Below, in pieces: positions 40,188 through 51,100 of a stretch of 64,000 nucleotides of DNA (the stretch's first letter is position 1; the number at the start of each line of letters is the position of its first letter). This stretch comes from an uncultured Pseudomonadota bacterium. GTDB taxonomy: Bacteria > Oederibacteriota > Muellerivitia > Muellerivitales > Muellerivitaceae. The notes beneath the pieces are model-generated. The model saw only the letters and a list, made by a program, of their open reading frames with translations. It did no database searches and was not told the origin of the DNA. Location of the stretch: NCBI GenBank assembly GCA_963836235.1, contig CAWIIP010000001.1:160001-224000 (forward strand), in the 5' to 3' direction. The position numbers and the translations under genes were made by a program.

Positions 40188-42752
40188 ATGAAAATCCAAA
40201 GCAGGCTTCAACTATTTTTATTCCCGTTTATTCTTGGCGCTGGTACCAACCTTTGGGCCCAAACCTGCACGGTGAACGCCACCGTTACGAACCAATACAT
40301 CCATTGCATTGGAGCGTCCAGTGCCTGGAGCGCCGTGGGAAACATGGGACAGGCGTTATTCGCCAATGACAACGTGAACGGCCATATCGGCCTGACCTCC
40401 CTTAGGACCCGTATCGACCCTACGGCCGTCGGCGGAAACACCGGTGCCTGGAACAGCGAGTTGAACAACATTACCGCGGCCAACGCGGTCAACCCCAACG
40501 TGCTTTTTTGGAGCACCGAGTGGTCACCCCCCGCCGAGTACAAAACCAACAACAGCGTCGATGGAGAGGTAGTGAACGCGGGGGTCACCAATGTTGGCGC
40601 CTTCACGGGCTCCGACACCGGCTCCGCCCCCAACAGCGCCGATACGGGCTATGCCCAATACCTGACCCAATATCTCCAATACTGCAAAAGCTACACCGGC
40701 GTGAGCCTCTATTCCGTCTCGGCCCAGAACGAACCTAGTTTTGAGGTCACCTATGAAGGCGCCAATTGGACCACGGGCCAGTTTGATGTTTTCATCCCTT
40801 GCCTGGCGGCATCCATTACCAGCGCGGGGCTTTCCACCAAGATCATGATGCCGGAGCCGCCGAATGAATGGGGCATGAACCTGGGCACCGCCACCATGTC
40901 CGACGCCAACGCGGCCCCCCTGGTTAGCATCATCAACACCCACCTGTATGGCACCTTTTACGACACCCTGGCCCAGATCGCCTCGAGTTACGGCTACACC
41001 AAACTGACGAACCAGGAATGGTGGGCGACGGAAATTTCCGGCTGTACCACCGGGCTCATTACGGCCCAGGATTCGGCTGCCATGTGCGTGGCGGGCTGGG
41101 CCCACCAGTCCCTGGTCGAGGGCCAGATGAACGCCTTCCATTACTGGTGGTTGGACGACCTGATCAGCGGCACATCCCTCACCGACGCGGCCTTCGCTTT
41201 GGGAAATTTCTCCAAGTTCATCCGGCCCGGTTACTACCGTATGGGGGCCACCGAGGGTCCCCAGGCCGGCGTGACGATCTCCGCCTACAAGAACACGAAC
41301 AATTCCGCGCCCACCACTTTCGTGATCGTGGCCATCAACTACAACGCAAAATCCGTGAACCAGACCTTCAACCTGACCGGCCTCACCTCTGCCTCGGTCA
41401 CGCCCTGGTTGACTGACTTGGGCAACGGACTGGTCCAACAGGCCGCAGTGCCCGTATCCGGAAACAGTTTCACCTATTCCATGCCAGTTTCCAGCATCCT
41501 AACCTTCGTAGGAGTCAACAACGCCGGTCCCACACCTACCTTTTCGACCACCCCCACGCCTACACCCACTTCCACCACCACGAAAACCCCGACTCGGACG
41601 CCGACTATGAGCCCGACCTCGACCCTAACTCTTACCGCCTCTTATACCCCTACTGCGACCCCGACGCAGTCCCATACCCCCTCGGCCACGCCCACCGTTA
41701 CATTGACGGCTTCGCCGTCAAATACTCCCTCGGGCACACCGACCCGCACCCCTACCAGTTCGATGACGGCTACGCCTTCCCTCACCCCCAGTAAAACGGC
41801 CACCGCTACAACAACGTTCTCCGCTACTAGTACGCTTTCCTTCACCACGACTGCGACGGATACCGAAACCCCGGTTAATACGCCGACGGCAACGCCTACC
41901 CATACTTTAGCCAACACCGCCACCCAAACCGCCACGGCGACAACGACCAATACTTTGCCCAATACAGTTACGAATACTCCCACTTCGTCCGCTTCCAACA
42001 CACAGACCCAAACAACGACATCAACACCTACCAATACATTGGCCAACACAGCCACTTCAACCGCCACCGCTACGCCTACTACTACTTTGACTAATACGGC
42101 CACCGACACACCCACCGTAACCAACTCAAACACACCTACCTATTCGACGACCGCTACCGCATCGAGTACGGCGACTAAAACGACTACATCCACCCCCTCG
42201 AACACCTTGACCAAGACCGTAACCGAAACTGCCACGGCGACATCGACCAATACCTTGGCCAATACGGTTACGAATACGCTAACTTCGACCACCTCAAACA
42301 CACCGACCAAAACAACGACATCAACGCCTACCAATACTTTAACCAACACCGTCACTCAAACCGCTACGGTGACGCCGACCAATAGCGCGACTCAAACCGC
42401 CACTTATACAGCCACTTTAACGGTTACGGCGGTTCCCCCCACTTTAACCAACACCGCAACACCCACGCCCGTAGTCAACAAGGGCCTGGTAATCTACCCC
42501 AACCCCGTCACAGGGACGACGGTGAACGTTCTTCCGCCTGAATACACGGGAACGGCGAATGTGAGGGTGGAAATCTTCACCCTGGCCTTCCGGAAGGTGC
42601 AGGAGGAGACTTTCGTGAACGTGCCGTCGGGGGTGGCGGTGACAGTGCAATTGACCGATAAATGGGGAAGACCCCTAGCCAACGGACTCTACTACTTGGT
42701 AGTGAAGACAAACGGCGGCCAGTCCATTGGAAAATTGCTGATTATCAAGTAA
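40188..42752 (+). CDS. GH30 glycoside hydrolase + Thr-rich stalk + CTD (no CBM3)
   Basis: WSPPA, QNEP, WATE and FSKFIRPG. Paralog of the 33409 catalytic domain; its tail resembles the GH74 tail. Confidence 0.88.
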   Translation: MKIQSRLQLFLFPFILGAGTNLWAQTCTVNATVTNQYIHCIGASSAWSAVGNMGQALFANDNVNGHIGLTSLRTRIDPTAVGGNTGAWNSELNNITAANAVNPNVLFWSTEWSPPAEYKTNNSVDGEVVNAGVTNVGAFTGSDTGSAPNSADTGYAQYLTQYLQYCKSYTGVSLYSVSAQNEPSFEVTYEGANWTTGQFDVFIPCLAASITSAGLSTKIMMPEPPNEWGMNLGTATMSDANAAPLVSIINTHLYGTFYDTLAQIASSYGYTKLTNQEWWATEISGCTTGLITAQDSAAMCVAGWAHQSLVEGQMNAFHYWWLDDLISGTSLTDAAFALGNFSKFIRPGYYRMGATEGPQAGVTISAYKNTNNSAPTTFVIVAINYNAKSVNQTFNLTGLTSASVTPWLTDLGNGLVQQAAVPVSGNSFTYSMPVSSILTFVGVNNAGPTPTFSTTPTPTPTSTTTKTPTRTPTMSPTSTLTLTASYTPTATPTQSHTPSATPTVTLTASPSNTPSGTPTRTPTSSMTATPSLTPSKTATATTTFSATSTLSFTTTATDTETPVNTPTATPTHTLANTATQTATATTTNTLPNTVTNTPTSSASNTQTQTTTSTPTNTLANTATSTATATPTTTLTNTATDTPTVTNSNTPTYSTTATASSTATKTTTSTPSNTLTKTVTETATATSTNTLANTVTNTLTSTTSNTPTKTTTSTPTNTLTNTVTQTATVTPTNSATQTATYTATLTVTAVPPTLTNTATPTPVVNKGLVIYPNPVTGTTVNVLPPEYTGTANVRVEIFTLAFRKVQEETFVNVPSGVAVTVQLTDKWGRPLANGLYYLVVKTNGGQSIGKLLIIK

Positions 42753-42913
42753 TACCGGTGGGATGGCATTACCGCTTCAAGAGACCCAATAAAGTATCGG
42801 CCTAGTGCGGATTTCAATCGCCGATGCTAAATCCTACGCCGAGTCACAGGCCTGTTCTGCGCCTACTTTTTCCAATAAAGTGGCTAAATCCTTGTCGTTT
42901 TTTTACTCCATTG

Positions 42914-42943
42914 GGAATAAATCCGCCGCACCAAACACTTATC
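42914..42943 (+). promoter_or_regulatory. Putative ECF sigma promoter: GGAATAAA-N16-CTTATC
   Basis: Both boxes and the spacing are identical to the motif upstream of the sigma gene. Confidence 0.7.
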
Positions 42944-43174
42944 TTAGAGGAATCATCCGCTTTCAAGTGGAACCGGTCCCGTCGGGGTTTTGGTTAGATA
43001 TGTTGAGAGAAAGTATCTAGAATTTTTTTTCGAGGCTGCCCTTTTCTTAAATCGTTTTGGGCGGGCCGGATTCAGGTGACCTTGGATCTGGATGATTTAT
43101 TTTCAGTTCGTGGCCCTTGGGAATTAGGTAAGGGCGTTTAAAAAGCGAACTTTTTAAACGTGAATTTAAAGGAG

Positions 43175-45949
43175 ATGGAATTGAAATTTCTAAAAGCGGC
43201 TCTGACAAGCTTAATCATTCTGTTTTTGGGGGCAAGTTTTTCCGCCCTTTCCGCCCAAACCATTCCCACCACGTTTTCATGGACATCGACCGGCCCCCTC
43301 ATCAGCGCCAAGAACGACTCCACCCATAACATGATCGCGGTTAAGGACCCCTCCACCGTTTACTACAACGGCCAATACATTGTTTATGCCTCTTCCGTCA
43401 ATTCCGCGGGAAACTATGGAATGGAATACCTGCATTTCACCGACTGGAGCACGGCTGGCGCTGCGACGCCGTATTTCATGGATAGCAACCCTAATATCGG
43501 GAGTGGTTATCACACGGCGCCCCAAGTGTTCTATTTCGCCCCGCAGAACAAGTGGTACCTGATTTTCCAGAGCGGCCAGCCGCAGTACTCCACCAATAGC
43601 GACCCCACCCAGCCCCAGAACTGGACCGCTCCGAAGAATTTCTTCGCGTCTCAGCCCTCCAGTGTGAGTAATTGGATCGATTTCTGGATCATCAGCGATT
43701 CCTCTAATGTCTATCTGTTTTTCGCCGGTGATAACGGAAATTTCTATCGCAGCTCGACCTCCCTCGCGAACTTTCCCAATGGTTTCAACACTCCCGTCAT
43801 CGTCTACACGGATTCCGAGTTCAATCTATTCGAGGCAGACAATGTCTATACCGTCGAGCAAACCGGTACCTATCTGGCCGACATTGAGTGCATCGGCAGT
43901 GATGGACACCGATTCTTCCGCGCCTTGAGTGCCACGACCCTCGGCGGAACCTGGACCTCGCTCGGCAATACGGCAAACCTCAATACTCCTTTTTTAGGGG
44001 CTCACAACGTCACCTTCCAATCCGGCGTCTCTAACTGGACCAGCGACTTCAGCAGCGGCGGGGCGGTGATCGACGGCTATGACTCAACCGATTCCATCAA
44101 CCTCAACAATCTGTCCTTTCTCTACCAGGGCGACGTTTCCAATAGTGATTCCTACAATCTGATTCCCTGGCAACTCGCCTTGGTGACCTCCAAGGCCAAT
44201 ACAACCACTAGCCCGACTGTCACCCCGACCCATACCAACACTCCAGTTCCACCAACGCCAACTCATACCAATACACCGGTGCCTCCGACCAGCACGCCCA
44301 CCCGCACCGCCACGTCTACTCCAACGAACAGCTTCACGATGACCCACACCAATACCCCCGTGCCGCCGACGGCTACGGCGACTTTGACACCGACTTCCAC
44401 GGCCACCTCGACCAAAACCAATACGCCGGTACCGCCGACCGCTACTGTCACCTCGTCAGCTACGAGTACGGCGACTTCGACAAAGACCAATACGCCAATT
44501 CCGCCGACTGCGACGGATACGGCCACCGCGACAAAGACCAATAGTCCTGTGCCTCCTACCGCCACTTTCACGGCGACTTCCACCAATAGTCCTGTGCCGC
44601 TCACGGCTACCAACACGAACAGCCCGGTACCGCCCAGTTCCACCAATACGCCGGTTCCTCCGACGGCGACGAGTACCAATAGTCCAGTACCGCCCACGGC
44701 TACGAATACGCCCTTTCCGCCGACAGCCACCAATACTTCGGTGCCTCCGACGTCCACGAGCACAATGGTGCCGCCGACGAACACATTTACTTCGATACCG
44801 CCCACGGTGACGAATACCCTTGTGCCTCCGACAGCAACAAACACGCCCGTGCCGCCGACTTCCACCGCTACTTTGACGGCAACGGGGACGCCAACGAATA
44901 GTCAGGTGCCTCCGACGGCAACCCTTACGCAAACGCCTTTGCCGCCGACAGCTACGAGGACCTTTACGCCGATACCACCTACGGCCACCTTTACCCTGAC
45001 GCCGGTACCTCCGACGGCAACTTTCACCCATACGCCCGTTCCGCCGACGGCAACATTCACTCTTACACCGCTTCCACCAACCGACACTCCCACGGTGGTC
45101 ATCGCCAGTTCCAGCTTCACGGTGAAGTTGTTGAGCGGCGTGACCAACGGCACAACCAATAGCCCTCATCCCTTCATCCAAGTGGTGAACACGGGAACTG
45201 GGCCCTTGAGCCTGAATAATGTGGAAGTGCGCTATTGGTTCAACTGCGATTGCACGACCCAATCCCTGCAGGTCTGGGTGGACTGGGCGGGATTGTTACC
45301 CGCCGGGACATCAGTCACGGGGGATGTCGTGACCTCGGTGGTTCCCACCAGCTTGGGAGGCCAGACCGATTACATCAGCTACAAGTTCACCGGGAACCTG
45401 GTACTGCAACCGGGCCAGATGATCGAGATCCAAAGCCGGTTCAACAAGAGCGACTGGAGCAACATGAACCAGGGGAACGACTGGAGCTTCGCGCCGTATA
45501 CCAGCTACACCAACGCCACGCAGGTGACGGGATATCTGGGTGGGGCACTGGTTTGGGGTGAACAGCCGGTGGCGGCCCCGGCGGCGCTGTCGGTTTCCAG
45601 CGCCTTGGTATTCCCGAACCCCTCAACGGGGAACGGTACGACCCTTTCCTTCAACTTTTCCGGAAGGCGCGGTGGGCCGAACGGATCCTTGTTGTCGGAT
45701 GCCAGCCCGCTGTTGCTGGATCCCAACGCCAAGATCACCTTGGGCATCTATAGTTTGGCCTGGAGGCTTATCTGGACACAGACCTTGACGGGCGGGGCCT
45801 ATGGGACGACCGGACCTCATGATGTTTATTGGAACGAGAAGGACCTAGGGGGAGCGAAATTGGCTAACGGGGTTTATTTCCTGCGGGTCACCGTCGAGTC
45901 GAATGGTCAGACTACTTCCTCCATCGCCAAGATTCTCATCCTCGGATAA
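43175..45949 (+). CDS. GH62 alpha-L-arabinofuranosidase + Pro/Thr linker + CBM3 + CTD
   Basis: [34 protein letters not shown] and FLYQG. Start is 43160, 43175 or 43181. Confidence 0.9.
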   Translation: MELKFLKAALTSLIILFLGASFSALSAQTIPTTFSWTSTGPLISAKNDSTHNMIAVKDPSTVYYNGQYIVYASSVNSAGNYGMEYLHFTDWSTAGAATPYFMDSNPNIGSGYHTAPQVFYFAPQNKWYLIFQSGQPQYSTNSDPTQPQNWTAPKNFFASQPSSVSNWIDFWIISDSSNVYLFFAGDNGNFYRSSTSLANFPNGFNTPVIVYTDSEFNLFEADNVYTVEQTGTYLADIECIGSDGHRFFRALSATTLGGTWTSLGNTANLNTPFLGAHNVTFQSGVSNWTSDFSSGGAVIDGYDSTDSINLNNLSFLYQGDVSNSDSYNLIPWQLALVTSKANTTTSPTVTPTHTNTPVPPTPTHTNTPVPPTSTPTRTATSTPTNSFTMTHTNTPVPPTATATLTPTSTATSTKTNTPVPPTATVTSSATSTATSTKTNTPIPPTATDTATATKTNSPVPPTATFTATSTNSPVPLTATNTNSPVPPSSTNTPVPPTATSTNSPVPPTATNTPFPPTATNTSVPPTSTSTMVPPTNTFTSIPPTVTNTLVPPTATNTPVPPTSTATLTATGTPTNSQVPPTATLTQTPLPPTATRTFTPIPPTATFTLTPVPPTATFTHTPVPPTATFTLTPLPPTDTPTVVIASSSFTVKLLSGVTNGTTNSPHPFIQVVNTGTGPLSLNNVEVRYWFNCDCTTQSLQVWVDWAGLLPAGTSVTGDVVTSVVPTSLGGQTDYISYKFTGNLVLQPGQMIEIQSRFNKSDWSNMNQGNDWSFAPYTSYTNATQVTGYLGGALVWGEQPVAAPAALSVSSALVFPNPSTGNGTTLSFNFSGRRGGPNGSLLSDASPLLLDPNAKITLGIYSLAWRLIWTQTLTGGAYGTTGPHDVYWNEKDLGGAKLANGVYFLRVTVESNGQTTSSIAKILILG
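44981..45949 (+). repeat. CBM3-CTD tail module, copy 2 (mosaic)
   Basis: 44981-45808 is near-identical to 50612-51439, and 45801-45949 matches 35960-36108. Confidence 0.9.
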
Positions 45950-45978
45950 ATATAGTTAAGTAAACTATTTTATTTACC

Positions 45979-46013
45979 AAAAAGCCGTTTAGCACATCGC
46001 TAAACGGCTTTTT
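45979..46013 (+). terminator. Rho-independent (possibly bidirectional) terminator
   Basis: aaaaagccgtttagc-acatc-gctaaacggcttttt. Confidence 0.85.
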
Positions 46014-46157
46014 GCTTATAAAGGGACGGGCTTAGAACCATTGAAAATCACTAAAATTCAAGCCGTTCCCCAACGGACGGTTTTTCCCCCAGGGGGAAAT
46101 AGACAAGTTCACCTCAAACATTAACCCTTTTTTCCGAAAGGGGATTAACCTAAAGCT

Positions 46158-47960
46158 ATGGCCGCACGAACCCCAAACCTCCCTAGACCCCTTGATAAAA
46201 TTTTGGAATATAAAAGTTTTCTCACGATCCTCAGGTATTACGTCGACCTCAATTGTTTTGTCATTCCTTCAGACCCCGGATTCTTCGAATGGCTGGCCAT
46301 ACACTACCATCAAAGGGCGGACTCCCTGTTTGATTTCGAGAAGAAATATAATTTCAAATTCAACTGGGACAAACTCCGCGACCCTGATTATGAAAGGGGA
46401 AAGGGAAAAGGCCAGCCGCTCCTGCTGGAGACGCTGGGCTTTTATGACATCTTTATGCCGATTCGCCGTAGGGGAAAAAGGTTGGGAACCATTTTATCGG
46501 GCGCTTTCGCCGACCGGGAAGTGACCTACTCCCTGTTGCGGGAAAGTTGGGGCCGATTAACCGGCCAAAGCGCTTCGCCTGAAAACGGGGAATTCCGGCA
46601 ATTCGTACGCGTGATGCTGGAGGCGCCCGTCTTGGAAGGTCCCACCCTTCTGGCTTACCGCGAGGCCTTGGAGTTGTACGCTGGTGTTTTGGTCGATCAA
46701 AACAAGCCCGAAGCCTTTCGGCGGTGGGAGGAATTATTGACGCGGGTATTCTCAAAACAGGTTCCCCACAGCTATTTCATGGACTGGGCCCTAGGTCTTC
46801 CCACGCGGCAGACCGCGCCCATCTGGGACCGGGGTATCCAGGAAATGCCCTGGGTCCGATCCGAAATAGGCCTCAGCCGGGTTCCCACCACCGTGATCAC
46901 GGCCATTCCCTTGGATGTCGGTGGAAGACGGCATGACGCCGTTGAGGACATGCTGCGAATTTACCGTTTCCAGCGCCGGAGTTTTCATTTCGCCCAGACC
47001 CTGCCCCAAACCGTAGGGGGGAAGCTGGAGAACTACGGGGCTGTTTTCGTCACGTCGGCCGATCCCTCCCTAAGCCGGCCCCAACGCCGCAGGAAAATCC
47101 TGGAAGCCGCGGAACAAATACATCATTTTGCGACGAAGGAATTGGGGGGGCCGGCTTTGGTGGGAATCGGTGTGACGGTTGCGCCAGGGGAATCCTTGAA
47201 TGAATCCTACCGGCAAGCGTTGCTTGGTCTTCACTTGGGCCGGGGGGCCGGTAAAGAAGTGGTTTTCTTCGGCTCGGTGCACGCCGAAAAATCCGTAGGG
47301 ATACTGGAAATCATGCGTTTGTCGGAGAAGTTAAAACGCCTGGTCGAGACGGCTTCTTCCGCAGACCTGGGGAGCGCCCTGGACGGGTTCTTGAACCAAG
47401 TTCTTACCCTTTCCATGCATAACCCCGAGGAAATCCGATGGCATTTGCAGTACGGATTGATCCAGATGAAAGACGCGGTTGAGAAAAGGCTCTTCGCGGG
47501 GAAAGAGGAGGCGTCCAAGTTGCATGAAAACCTGGTTCTCTCACTGGAAAAAGCTGGTACCACGCAAGAAATTATCTTGGCCTTTAAAGACGCCCTGGAA
47601 AAACTACTATTCCTTGCGCAAGGCGGTGTCGCCCTGAAGACCGCTTTCTCCATGGAAAGGGTTCGGGATTATTTGGACCAACATTTCCGGGAACCCCTAC
47701 GAGCTGAAAAAATCGCGAAGCTTGCGGACGTATCGGTTGCCACTCTCAGTCGGCATTTCAAAAAATCCGCGGGAGTTGGTCTTGAAATCTATCTTCAGAA
47801 CTTAAGAATTGAAGAAGCGAAGCGCCTATTGAAAACCGGTAGCCTGCCGGTTTTCCAGGTCGCCCAATCGTGCGGGTTCAAATCCGCTTCGCACTTTGCC
47901 CGTTTTTTTCGACGAAAAACGGGAAGTTCCCCCGAAGAATTCCGTAAAAAATCCCATTGA
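46158..47960 (+). CDS. AraC-family regulator with a PocR-like sensor and a CdaR/GGDEF-like middle domain
   Basis: GFYDIFMPI...GTILSG, VGIG...ESYRQA and C-terminal LRIEEAKRLL...CGFKSASHFARFFRRKTGSSPEEFR. Confidence 0.8.
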   Translation: MAARTPNLPRPLDKILEYKSFLTILRYYVDLNCFVIPSDPGFFEWLAIHYHQRADSLFDFEKKYNFKFNWDKLRDPDYERGKGKGQPLLLETLGFYDIFMPIRRRGKRLGTILSGAFADREVTYSLLRESWGRLTGQSASPENGEFRQFVRVMLEAPVLEGPTLLAYREALELYAGVLVDQNKPEAFRRWEELLTRVFSKQVPHSYFMDWALGLPTRQTAPIWDRGIQEMPWVRSEIGLSRVPTTVITAIPLDVGGRRHDAVEDMLRIYRFQRRSFHFAQTLPQTVGGKLENYGAVFVTSADPSLSRPQRRRKILEAAEQIHHFATKELGGPALVGIGVTVAPGESLNESYRQALLGLHLGRGAGKEVVFFGSVHAEKSVGILEIMRLSEKLKRLVETASSADLGSALDGFLNQVLTLSMHNPEEIRWHLQYGLIQMKDAVEKRLFAGKEEASKLHENLVLSLEKAGTTQEIILAFKDALEKLLFLAQGGVALKTAFSMERVRDYLDQHFREPLRAEKIAKLADVSVATLSRHFKKSAGVGLEIYLQNLRIEEAKRLLKTGSLPVFQVAQSCGFKSASHFARFFRRKTGSSPEEFRKKSH

Positions 47961-48199
47961 GTTGAACGGGAAAGTTTCTTGTTCAGGTGTTTGAGGTTAA
48001 GTGAAATAAAAGTCAATACGTATGATGAAGACGGGGCATTGATTTGCTTCCCGCTATTGTGACCCGACTCACCCGCCTGTATCTTTCATCCATAGAAGAA
48101 CGTTATAAGTTTGATGTTTAGAAGGGATCGGCTGACACCGAATGAATTTGAGTTCTATTCCCATTCGGCCCGCCGCAATTAAACTTGGGAGTGGCAACT

Positions 48200-51100
48200 A
48201 TGGCTTTGAATAAAATGAAGGCTTTGACTTTAGCGCTTTGGGTTTTTTGTTTTGCCCCTGCCATTTGGGCGCAAAACGTTACGGTCACTTCCGGCACGAC
48301 CTATCAAACCATATCGGGTTTTGGCGCCTCCAGCCAATGGGACAACTCCTTCTCCTCCTCGCTCGCGGACACTTTCTGGTCGGACGATTCGAGCCAGCCT
48401 CCCTCCAGCCAGGTGAACGGTCATGCCGGCCTTTCCATCCTCCGCCTCGGCATTGACGACTCCGGCAACGGCAACTGGGGTTCCCAATGCGCCTTCGCGA
48501 CTCAGGCGCTGGGCATCAATAAAAATGTCAGGGTCTTCGGCAGCCCGTGGAGCCCGCCGGCCAAGTGGAAGAACAACAACAGCGTCGACGGCAACAACAC
48601 CGGCAGCGACAACTTCAACCCCGGTTCCAACAGCAACCAACTCAACAGCGGGAATTACGGCAATTACGCCTCCTACCTCACCAGCTTCGCCACGGCCTGC
48701 AAGAACACCTACGGCTTTACCCCCTACGCGATTTCGGTCCAGAATGAGCCTGACTACGACCCCAGCTATGATGCCTGCCTTTGGTCGCCGTCGGCCATCG
48801 ACACCTTTGTTGGCTCTTATCTTGGCCCGGACCTCAATGCCGCCGGCTTCAACAACATTGTCATGATCCCCGAATCCTTCGCGGACAACCTGACCGGGGC
48901 CAACACGGCCATGGGAGATTCGAACGCGGCGAAATACGTGAAGGTTATCGGGATGCACCTCTACGGCGGCGGCCCCAATACCATCCCTTCCAGCTACTCC
49001 ACCACGGCCGGCCACGCGGTCGAATCTTGGTGCACCGAAGTCTCGGAAAAAACCAGCGACAACAACATCGACAGCGGCGTTTTCTACGCTGGCGAACTTC
49101 ACAGCTGCATTGTGGACCACAACTACAACGCCTACTGCTACTGGTGGCTCGTCCCAACCGGAACCGACGACGAGGGCCTATGCGATAATTCAGGCAACCC
49201 CACCAAGCGCCTCTACACGATTGGCAATTACAGCAAGTTCATCCGCCCGGGTTACGTGCGCATCGGCGCCACCGAGGTGCCTTCGTCGGGAGTTTCGGTC
49301 TCAGCTTACTACAGCGCTACCGATGGCAAGGTTGTGATCGTGGCCATTAACGGCAATACCGGCTCCAGCGCGAACGTGAATTTCAACTACAGCGACCTGA
49401 ACGTTTCCACAGTTTATCCCTGGGTCACGTCCTCATCCCTGAATCTGGTGCAGCAGACGGCGGTGGCCGTCAGCGGGGGAAAATTTTCCTATACCCTGCC
49501 GGCGCAAAGTGTGGTTAGTTTCGTCGCCTCGGCGGGCGGCGGTACGCCGGTACCGACATTCACGCCGACGCCTGCTCCGCCCACCCCCACGCCTATTGTG
49601 GCCTCTACCTGGCGGGTGAACGCGGGTGGACCGGCTTACACCGATACACTGGGCAATGTCTGGGCAGCGGATGAGAACTTCAATGGCGGTACCACGGTCG
49701 CTAGCGGCGGGACCATCACCGGGACTTCCGATTCGACCCTTTATGACACTCAGCGCTATGGCACCTTCAGCTATAGCTTCAATGTCCCGGCCGGGAGTTA
49801 CCAGGTTACCCTCAAGCTGGCGGAGACCTACTCGGGCGATTTCTCGTCTGGGACCAGGGTTTTCAACATCGCCATCAACGGGACCACGGTGGCCTCGAAC
49901 CTGGATATCTTCGCCCAGGTGGGTTCCAACACCGCCGATGACAAGGTGTTCAACAACATCAGCCCCAGCGGGGGAGTGATCACCATCACCTTTACGGGTG
50001 GGACCAGCACCGACGTCAACGCGGTAGTGGAAGCTCTGCAGGTCATCCCTCAGCCGGCCACGCCCACAGCGACCAGAACCGCCACATCAACGGCGACGAG
50101 TACTTCAACCTCGACTGCGACAAGCACGCCGACGCGCACGAATACGCCCGTGCCGCCGACCGCGACATTTACCGTGACGTCAACCACCACCGCTACGCCA
50201 TCTTCTTCGCCTACTTCGACTTGGACGAGTACGGATACGCCCGTGCCGCCGACGGCGACGAAGACCAATACGCCGGTACCACCGACGCCTACCAACACGT
50301 CTGTGCCGCCCACTTTCACCGATACGCCGGCACCTCCAACGGCAACGGGAACCAATAGTCCGGTCCCGCCGACATTCACCAATACGCCTTTGCCTCCCAC
50401 GGCGACTATTACCAACAGTCCGGTACCACCTACGACGACCTTCACCCAAACGCCTTTGCCGCCGACCGCCACATGGACCAATAGTCCTGTTCCACCAACG
50501 GCTACGAATACGGCGGTACCACCGACAGCGACCAATAGTCCTGTGCCGCCGACGGCCACCTTGACCCATACCCCGGTGCCGCCTACTAGTACCTTTACGG
50601 CTGTCCCTCCCACGGCCACCTTTACCCTGACGCCGGTACCTCCGACGGCAACTTTCACCCATACGCCCGTTCCGCCGACGGCAACATTCACTCTTACACC
50701 GCTTCCACCAACCGACACTCCCACGGCGGTTATCGCCAGTTCCAGCTTCACGGTGAAGTTGTTGAGCGGCGTGACCAACGGCACAACCAATAGCCCTCAT
50801 CCCTTCATCCAAGTGGTGAACACGGGAACTGGGCCCTTGAGCCTGAATAATGTGGAAGTGCGCTATTGGTTCAACTGCGATTGCACGACCCAATCCCTGC
50901 AGGTCTGGGTGGACTGGGCGGGATTGTTACCCGCCGGGACATCGGTTACGGGGGATGTCGTGACCTCGGTGGTTCCCACCAGCTTGGGAGGCCAGACCGA
51001 TTACATCAGCTACAAGTTCACCGGGAACCTGGTACTGCAACCGGGCCAGATGATCGAGATCCAAAGCCGGTTCAACAAGAGCGACTGGAGCAACATGACC

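Noticed and set aside
48040-48195. Possible riboswitch upstream of the third GH30 (ccgaatg...cattcgg hairpin)
   Set aside because: No recognisable aptamer consensus; an Rfam scan would be needed.
34690-50725. Tandem ~30-nt repeats that could suggest a CRISPR array
   Set aside because: They are in-frame, degenerate at synonymous positions, have no unique spacers, and no cas genes are present.
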